Part shown: positions 1 through 9,800 of the stretch, piece after piece
Layout of the letters: every line of letters starts with the position of its first letter
Numbering within the stretch: the first letter of the stretch is position 1
From: an uncultured bacterium
GTDB lineage: Bacteria > Babelota > Babeliae > Babelales > Vermiphilaceae
Direction: 5' to 3'
DNA length: 64,000 bases
Assembly (NCBI GenBank): GCA_963707655.1
Contig: OY970172.1
Coordinates: 800,001-864,000 of the forward strand
The notes under the pieces: generated by a model
Told to the model about the DNA's origin: nothing
Seen by the model: only the letters and a program-made list of their open reading frames with translations
Database searches by the model: none
Position numbers and translations under genes: made by a program

Positions 1-1864
1 TAAAAAAATATTCTCGCTCGATTTGGGCCTTCTAATTGCCGGTGCAAAATATCAGGGAGAATTTGAAGACAGATTAAAAGGAGTCCTGAAAGAGATTGAA
101 TCGGGTGAGGATCAAGTTATTCTCTTTATTGATGAATTGCATATGCTCGTTGGCGCCGGTTCTGCCGGCGGGGGCATGGATGCATCAAACCTTTTAAAGC
201 CGGCATTGGCACGCGGCACCTTGCACTGTATCGGTGCAACTACACTGAAAGAATATAAAAAATATATAGAAAAAGATGCTGCGCTTGAGCGCCGTTTTCA
301 GCCTGTTGTGGTGCAGGAACCCAGCGTTGATGATGCGATTTCTATTTTGCGCGGTTTAAAAGAGCGCTATGAATTGCATCATGGTATTCGCATTACTGAC
401 CAGGCATTGGTTGATGCGGTGCTGCTCTCTACCAAATATATCCCCGATCGTTTTCTGCCGGACAAAGCAATAGATGTCATTGACGAAGCAGCGGCGATGG
501 TAAAAATGTCTATTGATTCCCAGCCTGAATCGCTTGATAAAATTGAACGCAAAATTCGCCAGCTTGAGATAGAAAAAGTTGCTTTAGCCAAAGAGAAAGA
601 AATTGAAGCTTCAAAAAAACGGCTTGCCGAACTTGAAAAAGAGCTTGGTGAATTAAAAGAACAGCATACAAAACTGCGTGCGCAATGGCAGGCAGAAAAG
701 GCACCGCTCGAAAAAATAAATAAAATTAAAGAAGATATCGAAGCCGCATCGGTGCGATTTCAGGAAGCTGAGCGCAATGGAGATTTTGCCAAAGCGTCGG
801 AAATTAAATATGGTGCGATTGCAAAACTTGAGCGTGAATTGATTGATGAACAAAACAAATTGAAAACGAGTGATGCGCCGCTCATCAAACAACAGGTTGA
901 CGTTGATGACGTGGCAAGCGTACTTGCGCGTTGGACCAAAATTCCTGTCGAAAAACTTAAAGCAAGCGAAGCTGAAAAGCTGCTCAATATGAGCTCATTG
1001 CTTGAACAAAAAGTGATTGGCCAAAATGAAGCAATAGAAAAAATTGCGCAAACTATTCAAATGCATCGTGCCGGCTTGACCGACCCTGACAAACCCATTG
1101 GCTCATTTCTTTTTCTTGGCCCAACGGGTGTAGGCAAAACAGAAGTGGCAAAAACATTGGCCGATTTTCTTTTCAATGATGAAAAACGCATTATCCGCAT
1201 TGATATGTCTGAATATATGGAAAAGCACACGGTAGCGCGTCTTATTGGTGCGCCGCCGGGTTATGTTGGCTATGAAGAAGGGGGCCAATTAACGGAACAG
1301 GTCCGCAGACATCCCTATAGCGTTATTCTATTTGATGAAATTGAAAAAGCGCACCCTGATGTTTTCAATATCTTTTTACAAATTCTTGATGAAGGCCGCT
1401 TAACTGATAGCCAAGGGCGCACCGTATCTTTTAAAAACTGTATTATTATTATGACCTCAAATCTTGGATCAGATATAATTTTGCGTGAAACAACAATTAC
1501 TCCGGCAGTGCGTTCGGCAGTAGATGCATTGTTACACAAAACATTTAGACCTGAGTTTTTAAATCGTATCGATAGCATTGTTTTCTTTAGAAAACTGAGT
1601 GAAGAAGATGTGCAAAAAATTGCGTATATTCACATAGGCGAGTTAACACAACGATTGCAGGAAAAACAGATTCAGCTCAGCGTTGATGATGCTGTTGTTG
1701 CCCATGTAGCACGTGAAGGCTATGCCCCTGAATTTGGCGCACGACCTCTTAAACGCGTAGTGCAGCAACAGATTATTGTGCCTATTTCACGATATTTGCT
1801 TGTGCACGCGGGGGTAAAAACAGTAAAAGTATCCATGCGCAATGATCAGGTTGTTGTTGAATGA
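1..1864 (+). CDS. clpB: ATP-dependent chaperone ClpB (5' truncated by window edge)
   Basis: Frame is open from base 2 ([26 protein letters not shown]). NBD1 Walker B FIDELH, coiled-coil middle domain, NBD2 [43 protein letters not shown]. Confidence 0.97.
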   Translation, partial: KKIFSLDLGLLIAGAKYQGEFEDRLKGVLKEIESGEDQVILFIDELHMLVGAGSAGGGMDASNLLKPALARGTLHCIGATTLKEYKKYIEKDAALERRFQPVVVQEPSVDDAISILRGLKERYELHHGIRITDQALVDAVLLSTKYIPDRFLPDKAIDVIDEAAAMVKMSIDSQPESLDKIERKIRQLEIEKVALAKEKEIEASKKRLAELEKELGELKEQHTKLRAQWQAEKAPLEKINKIKEDIEAASVRFQEAERNGDFAKASEIKYGAIAKLERELIDEQNKLKTSDAPLIKQQVDVDDVASVLARWTKIPVEKLKASEAEKLLNMSSLLEQKVIGQNEAIEKIAQTIQMHRAGLTDPDKPIGSFLFLGPTGVGKTEVAKTLADFLFNDEKRIIRIDMSEYMEKHTVARLIGAPPGYVGYEEGGQLTEQVRRHPYSVILFDEIEKAHPDVFNIFLQILDEGRLTDSQGRTVSFKNCIIIMTSNLGSDIILRETTITPAVRSAVDALLHKTFRPEFLNRIDSIVFFRKLSEEDVQKIAYIHIGELTQRLQEKQIQLSVDDAVVAHVAREGYAPEFGARPLKRVVQQQIIVPISRYLLVHAGVKTVKVSMRNDQVVVE

Positions 1865-1868
1865 TTGT

Positions 1869-2297
1869 TTATTTGTCGAAACAATCTTCTTCTTGGGTAA
1901 CGCTGATACCAGATCCATTTGATACCAATGCTGCGCCATCCCATAAAAACACTGCCGACATTGCAGGATTATAATTGGCGACAGCGTATTTTTTGCATAC
2001 GTGTTTCCCGTACACCCAAACTTGATATCCGCTCGATATCTCTTCTAGCGTTTTTATCAACCGCCGCACAGAAGATTCGGCAGGAATCTCTAATGCTTTA
2101 ATTATCATTGGTTGTCCATGGCGCGAAGTGTCTGCATAATCATAATAAGAGATATCAACAATGCCAATACTGATGGGTTCAGGCGATGCATTACAAACAA
2201 TGAAATTGGCTTCGCCATGCTCAGGAAAAGATTCTGCGGCATATGAAGGCGTAAACACCAGTAGAAACACGGTACTGAGTATTATTTTGTAATTCAT
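1869..2297 (-). CDS. Secreted hypothetical protein, most divergent member of tandem paralog array
   Basis: Signal peptide MNYKIILS...PSYA. FIVCNASPEPISI resembles the family N-motif. 5' DNA is nearly identical to that of the 2335..2892 gene. Confidence 0.75.
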   Translation of the reverse strand: MNYKIILSTVFLLVFTPSYAAESFPEHGEANFIVCNASPEPISIGIVDISYYDYADTSRHGQPMIIKALEIPAESSVRRLIKTLEEISSGYQVWVYGKHVCKKYAVANYNPAMSAVFLWDGAALVSNGSGISVTQEEDCFDK

Positions 2298-2334
2298 TTT
2301 TTTATCCTGGAGGGTAGATGCGTTGACTAAATAT

Positions 2335-2892
2335 TTAATTTTCGAAATTTACATCACCATCATGCTCTTCGCCTATTGTTGGCCAGAAGTCATCCTCTTC
2401 CTCATCTTCAGAATCTCGATCAGAAACAATATTATTATCAGTAAACGTACTTTGAATCGTAAGACCCGATCGTGTTTTTGTGCCATTTTGTGCTTTTAAC
2501 TGATTGTTATTCCAGACAACATATGCATTGTTTTCATCGGGATGAATAGCATACGTGGCAAAAGGGGCATCATCTGGGCCGTTATTCCATATTGAAATGT
2601 CATAACCCCACAAATCTGGTAACTTTTTCTTGCTCATTCTCAAGACACCAGGCTCATTGTCTCGCATCGCAGCAACTCTAGTTTTAGGAAGTAATACTTT
2701 CTCCGGAAACTCCCAACTATCAACAATTCGTACCCAAATTGGAGTCTGATCCATGTTAACTATTTCAAATTCCCATGATGAAGAGCGTTGAGTAGCTAAT
2801 GGTGTAGTTTCAGTAAGATATCCCCGCTCGCTTGCCTGCAGCATATTGCCGGCAACAAAGATCGCGATACTCAGTATTATTTTGTAATTCAT
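2335..2892 (-). CDS. Secreted hypothetical protein, tandem paralog array member with acidic tail
   Basis: Signal peptide. WEFEIVNMDQTPIWV and AYVVWNNNQLKAQNGTKTRSGL motifs. Confidence 0.85.
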   Translation of the reverse strand: MNYKIILSIAIFVAGNMLQASERGYLTETTPLATQRSSSWEFEIVNMDQTPIWVRIVDSWEFPEKVLLPKTRVAAMRDNEPGVLRMSKKKLPDLWGYDISIWNNGPDDAPFATYAIHPDENNAYVVWNNNQLKAQNGTKTRSGLTIQSTFTDNNIVSDRDSEDEEEDDFWPTIGEEHDGDVNFEN

Positions 2893-2929
2893 TTTTTTAT
2901 CCCCAATACATGATTCTTCATAATTATTT

Positions 2930-3424
2930 TCATTTCAATGTCTCTATGTTGTTTTTTAAACTCAAGCCCGATTGTGTAGTTTTATCAAAAATGCCTTTGC
3001 CTTTTTGCGGGCGCAATGAACCATCTTCCCAGCTCACGTAAATAGTTTTACCTGTGCCATCTATTTTGTACTGAGCAACAGGCATTATTTGAGTTTTATA
3101 CGAGTACACAGTGATGCTGGTTTGTTTGTTCAAATCAAGGCCCGACACACGCACATAACCAAAGTCTTTTTCTTTGGCCAAATCAAAACGGACCGCCGGC
3201 TTTGGAACTTCAAATTTATTCAGAAGCTCGCGTCCATTATTAGTAACGGTTATGTACACGGGCGCCGCATATTTATTTTTAAATTCAAGATCCCAGATTG
3301 ATGCGCCAAGGAGTTTGCTTGCAGGAAATCCTGTTTCTATTTTCGGCGCAAGTGGAGCAGCGAATGCCGATACCATTGATACAATCGCGGTAATGAAAAC
3401 AAGACTTTTTGTTATTTTCATCAT
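2930..3424 (-). CDS. Secreted hypothetical protein, tandem paralog array member
   Basis: Signal peptide (SAFA). WDLEFKNKYAAPVYI and IYVSWEDGSLRPQKG...TQSGLSLKNNI motifs. Confidence 0.87.
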   Translation of the reverse strand: MMKITKSLVFITAIVSMVSAFAAPLAPKIETGFPASKLLGASIWDLEFKNKYAAPVYITVTNNGRELLNKFEVPKPAVRFDLAKEKDFGYVRVSGLDLNKQTSITVYSYKTQIMPVAQYKIDGTGKTIYVSWEDGSLRPQKGKGIFDKTTQSGLSLKNNIETLK

Positions 3425-3438
3425 GATATTTTTCTACC

Positions 3439-4050
3439 TTATTTTTTTGCTATTTCATTGTCAGCAATATTTCCCAACAGAGGAAGTCCTGACTGTGTCT
3501 CATCCCCTGAACCTTTTTGCACGCGCAACTTATTGCCTTCCCACGTGAGATACATCGCTTTTCTATTTTTGTTTTGTTTTATAAAAAATGAATAGGTCGG
3601 CTTTTCTTGTATATTAACCGTAAGCCCGGGATTTTTCACCGCATTTTGATCCCATATGAATAAGGTTGTGGCTTGCGATGGATCAAAATTAGCCAGACGC
3701 AAATAACCGGCGTCAGCTTCATTCTTTCCTTTTGAAGCCTGCACTCGGGTGTTTGGGTTTGGTTCATTGAGCAAGCGAGGCAACTCTTTGTTGTTTGATG
3801 CCTTAAAGTTTTCGGGAACAGGAATTAAGGGAACCAACTTTCCTTGTGTTCCCAGTGCGTTGCTTTGCACTTGCATAAGTTGTACGTATATGGGTTCTTT
3901 TGTTTTGTTTTTCAATTCAAATACCCAGTACCTGCTCGCATTGGCCGTTGTTTGTACCGCTACTTCTTTGCAAGCGGCAGTGTCTGCCAAGGCTACGGAG
4001 TTCAATAATCCGACTGTTATACTCAACAGTGCTACTATTGTTTTCTTCAT
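3439..4050 (-). CDS. Secreted hypothetical protein, tandem paralog array member
   Basis: Signal peptide (VALA). WVFELKNKTKEPIYV and MYLTWEGNKLRVQKG..ETQSGLPLLGNI motifs. Confidence 0.87.
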   Translation of the reverse strand: MKKTIVALLSITVGLLNSVALADTAACKEVAVQTTANASRYWVFELKNKTKEPIYVQLMQVQSNALGTQGKLVPLIPVPENFKASNNKELPRLLNEPNPNTRVQASKGKNEADAGYLRLANFDPSQATTLFIWDQNAVKNPGLTVNIQEKPTYSFFIKQNKNRKAMYLTWEGNKLRVQKGSGDETQSGLPLLGNIADNEIAKK

Positions 4051-4075
4051 GTTTTCCCTCTCATCAAATCATTTT

Positions 4076-4107
4076 AAAAAAACGGGTGCTTAGTTTAAAA
4101 GCACCCG
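4076..4107 (-). terminator. Rho-independent terminator-like hairpin inside the paralog array
   Basis: CGGGTGCT (4083-4090) and AGCACCCG (4100-4107) form an inverted repeat followed by a T-run on the minus strand. Confidence 0.65.
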
Positions 4108-4112
4108 AACCA

Positions 4113-4661
4113 TTATTTTATAACCGTGATATCACCATTGCTCACGTTTTGATTCAAACTCAGGCCACTATTGGTTTTGCCTGCTTTTCCACTGCGAGGA
4201 CCGGTTTGAGGACGAACCCCATTTTTATCTACCGTTACATAGGCAGTTTTGTCGGTGGCAAATTCAATGAGCCAATCAGGCTTTGGCGTTACGGCCCATG
4301 TCCCTTTTGAGACAAGGTTTTTACTTATATCTATTTTTTGAGGCTTCTTGCTCCACACTGCCAAAGCAGTTTTTTGTTTAATGTCTGTTTTAAATGCCCT
4401 GCTGCCTTCTTCAAACAATCCGCTCGACTTGATTTCAACAGGATCATTGAAAGTAAAAGTAACACCCTTGAGGCCGGTAGCATTTATCACAGAAACCCAA
4501 ACACTGTTTCCTGTTTTATTCAAAACCTCTACCCCGTAACCGGTTGTGGCATATGGCTGAGGCTCACCAATAAAACTGGCAACCGCGTTGAGAATATCAG
4601 CAGAAACATAATGAACTGAGCCGAGTGCGCCTAAAAGCGCTATTAATAAAAGTTTTTTCAT
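4113..4661 (-). CDS. Secreted hypothetical protein, tandem paralog array member
   Basis: Signal peptide (YVSA). YGVEVLNKTGNSVWV and AYVTVDKNGVRPQTG...KTNSGLSLNQNV motifs. Confidence 0.87.
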   Translation of the reverse strand: MKKLLLIALLGALGSVHYVSADILNAVASFIGEPQPYATTGYGVEVLNKTGNSVWVSVINATGLKGVTFTFNDPVEIKSSGLFEEGSRAFKTDIKQKTALAVWSKKPQKIDISKNLVSKGTWAVTPKPDWLIEFATDKTAYVTVDKNGVRPQTGPRSGKAGKTNSGLSLNQNVSNGDITVIK

Positions 4662-5113
4662 TGTTGCTCCTGAATTTTACCATTACTCAATTGTAAAAAA
4701 ATATTTTTATCAGAAGGGCTCAGTCTGTGTGTTACATCAGCTGTTGGTGTAATATTGTAGCCAAAAAAGCGACCCTTGCTGATAGTTACCTTGGCCGGAT
4801 CTTTATACCAAACGGCAAGAATACTTTCTTGACCAGTATTGGCAGTTAAATTTGCAGTGGCACTTGATCCGGGACGTTGTAATGTTGGCTGTTTTGCTAT
4901 AAATACTGGTTTCATTGACTGGGGATTTGCATTATTTGCAGCAAAGAGAGCAACCCAAATATTTTTATTTTCTCTATTGTGTATTATTACTGATCTCGTG
5001 TTACCTGCAGCGTCTATTACTTCGGCACCAAATTCATCATTGATTTCACCCGCACTCATAGCGCCAAAAAAAACAACGCTTATAAGAGCTAAGAGCATAA
5101 TGGATTTCTTCAT
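4658..5113 (-). CDS. Secreted hypothetical protein, first gene of tandem paralog array
   Basis: Signal peptide (AMSA). VIIHNRENKNIWV and LAVWYKDPAKVTISK resemble LAVWSKKPQKIDISK of the next gene. Overlaps that gene by 4 nt. Confidence 0.82.
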   Translation of the reverse strand: MKKSIMLLALISVVFFGAMSAGEINDEFGAEVIDAAGNTRSVIIHNRENKNIWVALFAANNANPQSMKPVFIAKQPTLQRPGSSATANLTANTGQESILAVWYKDPAKVTISKGRFFGYNITPTADVTHRLSPSDKNIFLQLSNGKIQEQQ

Positions 5114-5309
5114 TTTTTTCCCTTAATTTTAACAGGTTTTTTATATCTATATTTCAATTTGATGATAACAAAAAAATAATTCATTTTGCAATAATAATTC
5201 TTCTTGTGCTCTTGATTTACTTGTGTTTCAATGCTTGCTACTTTGTGACAATACCCATTGATGAGAGTAAAGCTACAATAAATCATTTTTTAACTTGAAA
5301 GAATTGAGC

Positions 5310-6080
5310 ATGGCCCTTTTACCCTTTCTCTATATCGCAAACTGGAAGATGAATAAAACGTTGGACCAGGGAATGCATTATTTTTATACCAATCAAGAAA
5401 AACTGCACTCAATGGCATTGAATACCGGTATTGAAATAATATTTGCACCTTCCTTCCCTTCTTTGGCTCCATTGTGCGCATTGGCGACCAAGTCTTCTCT
5501 TCATCTGGCTGCGCAAGATTGTTCTGAATATGAAAGTGGTCCTTACAATGGTCAAGTTGATGCATTAACTCTTGCTCAAGTTGGTGTGCGTTATTGTATT
5601 ATTGGCCACTCCGACCAAAGAAGTTACACACGAGAAACAGATCTTACCGTGGCCAATAAGGCAAATCGGCTGCTTGAAGTTAATGTGCGCCCCATTGTTT
5701 GTGTTGGTGAAACGGCGCAGGAGCATCAAGAAAATAAAGGCAAAGAAGTTGTCGCCCGACAGCTTAAAACAGTCTTGGATATGCTTTCTACACTACCTTC
5801 TCAAACACCTATCTGCGTAGCTTACGAGCCTGTTTGGGCAATAGGCGGTGGAATCACGGTAGAAAAAGAGTATATTGCCCAGATGCTTGCCTGGATACGC
5901 GAATTAACCGAGCTATTGCCTCAATATACTTTTTTTCTCGTATATGGGGGTGGGGTTGATGAGACAAATGCGGCAGCATTACGCGCCATTGGCGACTTGA
6001 ACGGTTTTTTAATTGGGGGCGCAAGTCTCGACTTTCAAAAATTTGAAAACATAGTATCTTTAACAAAAAGTAAAATATAG
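5310..6080 (+). CDS. tpiA: Triosephosphate isomerase (divergent motifs)
   Basis: ANWKMN, AQDCS..GPYNG, IGHS, AYEPVWAIG, GGASL. Conserved tpiA-secG order. ATG at 5310 preferred over TTG at 5295. Confidence 0.93.
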   Translation: MALLPFLYIANWKMNKTLDQGMHYFYTNQEKLHSMALNTGIEIIFAPSFPSLAPLCALATKSSLHLAAQDCSEYESGPYNGQVDALTLAQVGVRYCIIGHSDQRSYTRETDLTVANKANRLLEVNVRPIVCVGETAQEHQENKGKEVVARQLKTVLDMLSTLPSQTPICVAYEPVWAIGGGITVEKEYIAQMLAWIRELTELLPQYTFFLVYGGGVDETNAAALRAIGDLNGFLIGGASLDFQKFENIVSLTKSKI

Positions 6081-6102
6081 ATCAAAAGATAAGGACATTA
6101 CT

Positions 6103-6429
6103 ATGTTATATGAATTGTTGATAACTATTTTTGTGATTAACTCATTATTGCTGCTTTTGATTGTTATGATTCAACAGGGCAAAGGCAACATGGGGCTCGG
6201 CAATTTGGGTGGCGCAACACAAATGCTTTTTGGCGGTACCGGCGGTGCAGACATTATGCAAAAAACTACCTGGGTATTGGGCACAATTTTTATGACCTTA
6301 TCACTCGTTCTTGCTCTTATGAAAACAATGCCATCCCATTCCTATTCATTTAGCCGTAAAGCAAACATGGCGACAACGCAACCTATTGAACGGGAATCAG
6401 CCCCTGCAGCGGACCAGACCGGAGAATAA
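6103..6429 (+). CDS. secG: Preprotein translocase subunit SecG
   Basis: Two TM segments flanking the Gly-rich QQGKGNMGLG...LFGG loop, then KTTW. Lies downstream of tpiA. Confidence 0.92.
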   Translation: MLYELLITIFVINSLLLLLIVMIQQGKGNMGLGNLGGATQMLFGGTGGADIMQKTTWVLGTIFMTLSLVLALMKTMPSHSYSFSRKANMATTQPIERESAPAADQTGE

Positions 6430-6471
6430 AAAAGAAAAAAGTAATGGGCGACTCAGCTTGTTAATCTTCTT

Positions 6472-6510
6472 GGCCACGTAACCTTACAGGTTTTGTGGCC
6501 TTTTTTATTT
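6472..6510 (+). terminator. Rho-independent terminator after secG
   Basis: GGCCAC..AACC / GGTT..GTGGCC hairpin followed by TTTTTTATTT. Confidence 0.7.
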
Positions 6511-6602
6511 CATGTACTTTTTTTATTTTTATCAATGTATTCCCGGGGACACCCATGGCCCAATTCAGCCTCGCGTAGCGCCGGAATAACCTGAATGATC
6601 GT

Positions 6603-6631
6603 TTGACCCCTGTGACTCTTTTATTTAGACT
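6603..6631 (+). promoter_or_regulatory. Putative sigma70 promoter for the S2P-like gene and tyrS
   Basis: TTGACC-N17-TAGACT about 40 nt upstream of the ATG at 6674. Confidence 0.5.
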
Positions 6632-6673
6632 AATATAAAAACATGGCCCTAAAAACTAGGCGGAATTCTTTTT

Positions 6674-7336
6674 ATGTTGAGCGCAAACACCACATCAAGC
6701 ATCACTTCATTGATTACTCTTCTTTTAGCCTATTTGCTGGCCATTGGCCCTATGGGCTTTTTTAATGCCTGGATAGGTAAAATGGTTGGTGATTCAACGG
6801 CTGAAGACAAAGGCCTTCTGACGCTTGATCCATTCGCCCATCTTGATCCCATAGGTCTTTTATGCATGCTTTTATGCGGCATAGGCTGGTCAAAAGCTGT
6901 TCCCATCAACATTCATATGATTACCGCCCCGTTTCGCAATTTAAAAATAGCTTTTGCTTTATTCGGCGAAACAATTTTTGGTCTGGGATTAGCGATTTTT
7001 GGCTTGGTGCTCAGCATTGTTGTCGGTCTGAATCCTGCAACGGCTACCTTGAGTGCCGGTTCATCATTTCTGTTCGCTTTTCAGTCGGTGCTGGTGACTT
7101 TTGTTGGGCTGGTGCTTTTCTTTGCCGTGGCCCGCTTCTTGTATGGCGCGTTGCTCCTGGTCATCATAATGCTTTCAAAAAATTATCAATCATATGCAGC
7201 ATTTTTGAGTGAGATGAGCTTTATTATTGTATTTATACTTATTATCTTTTTTGCGCGGCAACTGCAATCGTTCTGTATATATGGTCTTTTGTCAGTATGC
7301 GCAGTAATCGGTCAGGTGACCGGCCTTCTAACATAA
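6674..7336 (+). CDS. Site-2 protease (M50) homolog lacking catalytic HExxH and NxxPxxPLDG motifs
   Basis: AW...GDSTA...GLLTLDPFAHLDPIG...GIGWSKAVPIN matches the small M50 family signature. Multiple TM helices. Confidence 0.75.
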   Translation: MLSANTTSSITSLITLLLAYLLAIGPMGFFNAWIGKMVGDSTAEDKGLLTLDPFAHLDPIGLLCMLLCGIGWSKAVPINIHMITAPFRNLKIAFALFGETIFGLGLAIFGLVLSIVVGLNPATATLSAGSSFLFAFQSVLVTFVGLVLFFAVARFLYGALLLVIIMLSKNYQSYAAFLSEMSFIIVFILIIFFARQLQSFCIYGLLSVCAVIGQVTGLLT

Positions 7337-7339
7337 TGG

Positions 7340-8557
7340 ATGGGAAAAATAATGATACAAAAACTAACTGCGCAACAGCAGCTTGACCTGCTAAAAATAG
7401 GCACCAGTCAAATCATCCCCGAAGATGAATTACTTAAAAAATTGCAATCGGGCAAACCGCTCCAGATTAAGCTTGGTATGGATCCCACAGCGCCGGATTT
7501 ACATTTGGGTCACGCGGTGGTCCTTTCAAAAATGAAACAATTTCAAGATCTTGGCCACACCGTTATTTTTTTAATTGGTGATTTTACCGCACGAATCGGC
7601 GATCCAACAGGGCGTTCAAAAACACGTCCGCCACTTACTGAAGAGCAAATTGCCGAACACACCAAAACCTATTTTGAACAAGTAGGAAAAATTCTTGATC
7701 CAAAAAAATTAATTATCCGCTACAACTCTGAGTGGCTCGATCAGCTCACCAGTCGCGAAATGTTGCAATTGTGTGGCAAAGTCACTTTGTCTCGCCTTAT
7801 TGAGCGTGAAGATTTTGCAAAACGCTTGGCCGAACATCAGACAATCGGTTTTCATGAATTATTTTATCCGCTGATGCAGGGCTATGATTCGGTTGCTTTG
7901 CGCGCTGATGTGGAGCTAGGTGGGACAGATCAAACGTTTAATCTGTTAATGGGCCGCTTTTTGCAAGAGCATTATGGCCAAACACCGCAGGCAATTTTAA
8001 CCACACCGCTGCTTGAAGGGCTCGACGGTGTGCAAAAAATGTCAAAATCTTTGGGTAATTCAGTTGGTTTAACTGACCCTGCCGATCAGGCATTTGGCAA
8101 ACTTATGTCTATCAGCGATCTTTTAATGTGGCGCTATGCACAGCTGTTGTTGCATGTTGATGCACAAACATTGAGTGGATGGGAAGAAGGAGTTGCATCC
8201 GGAAACATTCACCCCATGGAAATGAAAAAGAATATTGCACATGATATTGTTGCTCGCTTTTGGTCGTTGCCTGAGGCCGATCAAGCGCAAAAAACATTTG
8301 AAGCGTTGTTCCAAAAAAAAGATTATTCCCAAGCGCAAGATGTTGCATTGCCTGAAAATACTCCAAATCCGGTATGGATAGTCGACCTGCTGAAACTGCT
8401 TGGCGCCGTGACCGGTTCAGCAGAAGCCCGTCGCTTGCTTGAAGCGCATGCAATACATATTGATGGTGCAGTGATTACTGATCCAAAGGCACAAATAAGC
8501 TGGCAAAATGGCACGACCATTAAAGTTGGCAAACAGCGTTTTTATAAGTTGAAGTAA
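7340..8557 (+). CDS. tyrS: Tyrosine--tRNA ligase
   Basis: [37 protein letters not shown]-terminal S4 domain. Confidence 0.97.
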   Translation: MGKIMIQKLTAQQQLDLLKIGTSQIIPEDELLKKLQSGKPLQIKLGMDPTAPDLHLGHAVVLSKMKQFQDLGHTVIFLIGDFTARIGDPTGRSKTRPPLTEEQIAEHTKTYFEQVGKILDPKKLIIRYNSEWLDQLTSREMLQLCGKVTLSRLIEREDFAKRLAEHQTIGFHELFYPLMQGYDSVALRADVELGGTDQTFNLLMGRFLQEHYGQTPQAILTTPLLEGLDGVQKMSKSLGNSVGLTDPADQAFGKLMSISDLLMWRYAQLLLHVDAQTLSGWEEGVASGNIHPMEMKKNIAHDIVARFWSLPEADQAQKTFEALFQKKDYSQAQDVALPENTPNPVWIVDLLKLLGAVTGSAEARRLLEAHAIHIDGAVITDPKAQISWQNGTTIKVGKQRFYKLK

Positions 8558-8570
8558 AGGATATTGCATT

Positions 8571-9770
8571 ATGAATTTTGTAAGAATGGTATTCATGCTC
8601 ATGTTGTCTGTGGGATCCATGAGTGGTATGGGTGATAAAGCAGGTAATAAAGATCCGCTATGGCCATTTCAAGCGATGGAAGATCTATGGCCATTTCGAA
8701 CAACGGAAGATGCATTGAGCGATAATGACTTTGATGCATTATGGCCATTTGAAAAACTGGGAACCAAGTATGATGATGTTTTTGCTCGCTTAGCTCCTGC
8801 ATTGCATGCATCGAATGATTATTTGGACGAATCTTGGCCAAACATCTTGCAAAATGCGCATGATTATTTAAGCGGCGCTTCTGCCAATGAACTATTTCCA
8901 GAAACTATAAAAGCTGCACTTGATTCTTGCAAAGGGGAAAAAAAACAAGCCCTTAAGATAATTAGCTATGTTTTTCGAGCAAATGCAGAAAAGCGCTGGA
9001 GTTCAGCACATCCTTTGCGTCTTTTAGACCCAGCACGATCGCGCGCTATTATTGCCTATCATGGTTTGGGGGACAACAGTCACTCTTTTCAAAACTACGT
9101 GCAAGAGCTTGATGGTCGTGCAATAACTTTTGTACCGGATTTTCTTGATCATACAAACAAACCTTTGCGCATTGGCACACAGCTTGAATTGCTCATGGCC
9201 GCGTATCAATATTTTATTGCTCAACAAAAACTAAAAGCGCTTGATCGAGGCGCAACAATAAGTCATTGTCTGGGTGTATCGCGCGGCGGAGGAGTAGTAG
9301 CCCGCTTAAGCAGCAAATTTAAGCAGGGGCACGAGCCCACCGCCGGCTTTGTGATGCTTGCACCTTTTATTAACCCTCCGGCAACCATTAGCCACATTGC
9401 ACGAGAGACATCCATTGCATCTACCGGATGGGGGATACTACTACCTCAATGGTCAACGTCTTCATTTATAGGCTCGGCGAACGCAAGTTGCTCGTCGCTC
9501 GTTGAAATTGATATCAAGCAACCGGCAGCAGTAAAATTGAACCAAGCATTATTAATTCTGCATGGCTCAAAAGATAGGACCATCCCTTATAAAGAATCTA
9601 AAAAATGGGCTCAAAAACACGCGAAGTTGGGGAATGCCATATATTATAAAACGCTTCCCGGGCTTGGTCACAACGATATTTTTGCAGATCAAGAATGTGT
9701 GAATTACACCAGAGATTTTTTGAATAATAGTTTTGAGCGCCTTAAAGAATTACAACTTCCTCAACAATAA
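8571..9770 (+). CDS. Secreted alpha/beta hydrolase
   Basis: Signal peptide. YHGLG oxyanion motif, GVSRGG nucleophile elbow, LHGSKDRTIP (Asp), GLGHND (His). Confidence 0.8.
   Translation: MNFVRMVFMLMLSVGSMSGMGDKAGNKDPLWPFQAMEDLWPFRTTEDALSDNDFDALWPFEKLGTKYDDVFARLAPALHASNDYLDESWPNILQNAHDYLSGASANELFPETIKAALDSCKGEKKQALKIISYVFRANAEKRWSSAHPLRLLDPARSRAIIAYHGLGDNSHSFQNYVQELDGRAITFVPDFLDHTNKPLRIGTQLELLMAAYQYFIAQQKLKALDRGATISHCLGVSRGGGVVARLSSKFKQGHEPTAGFVMLAPFINPPATISHIARETSIASTGWGILLPQWSTSSFIGSANASCSSLVEIDIKQPAAVKLNQALLILHGSKDRTIPYKESKKWAQKHAKLGNAIYYKTLPGLGHNDIFADQECVNYTRDFLNNSFERLKELQLPQQ
8658..8750 (+). repeat. 27-bp-period coding repeat (LWPF x3)
   Basis: (C/T)TATGGCCATTT at 8658, 8685 and 8739, offsets of 27 and 54 nt. 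Confidence 0.8.
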
Positions 9771-9800
9771 CCGTATGTAATTGATTTCACAGGAATCATT

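Noticed and set aside
6538..6590. GTATTCCCGG...CCGGAATAAC imperfect inverted repeat after secG, where a tRNA-Leu often lies
   Set aside because: No cloverleaf or TTC loop. It is a single imperfect copy, too weak to call a REP.
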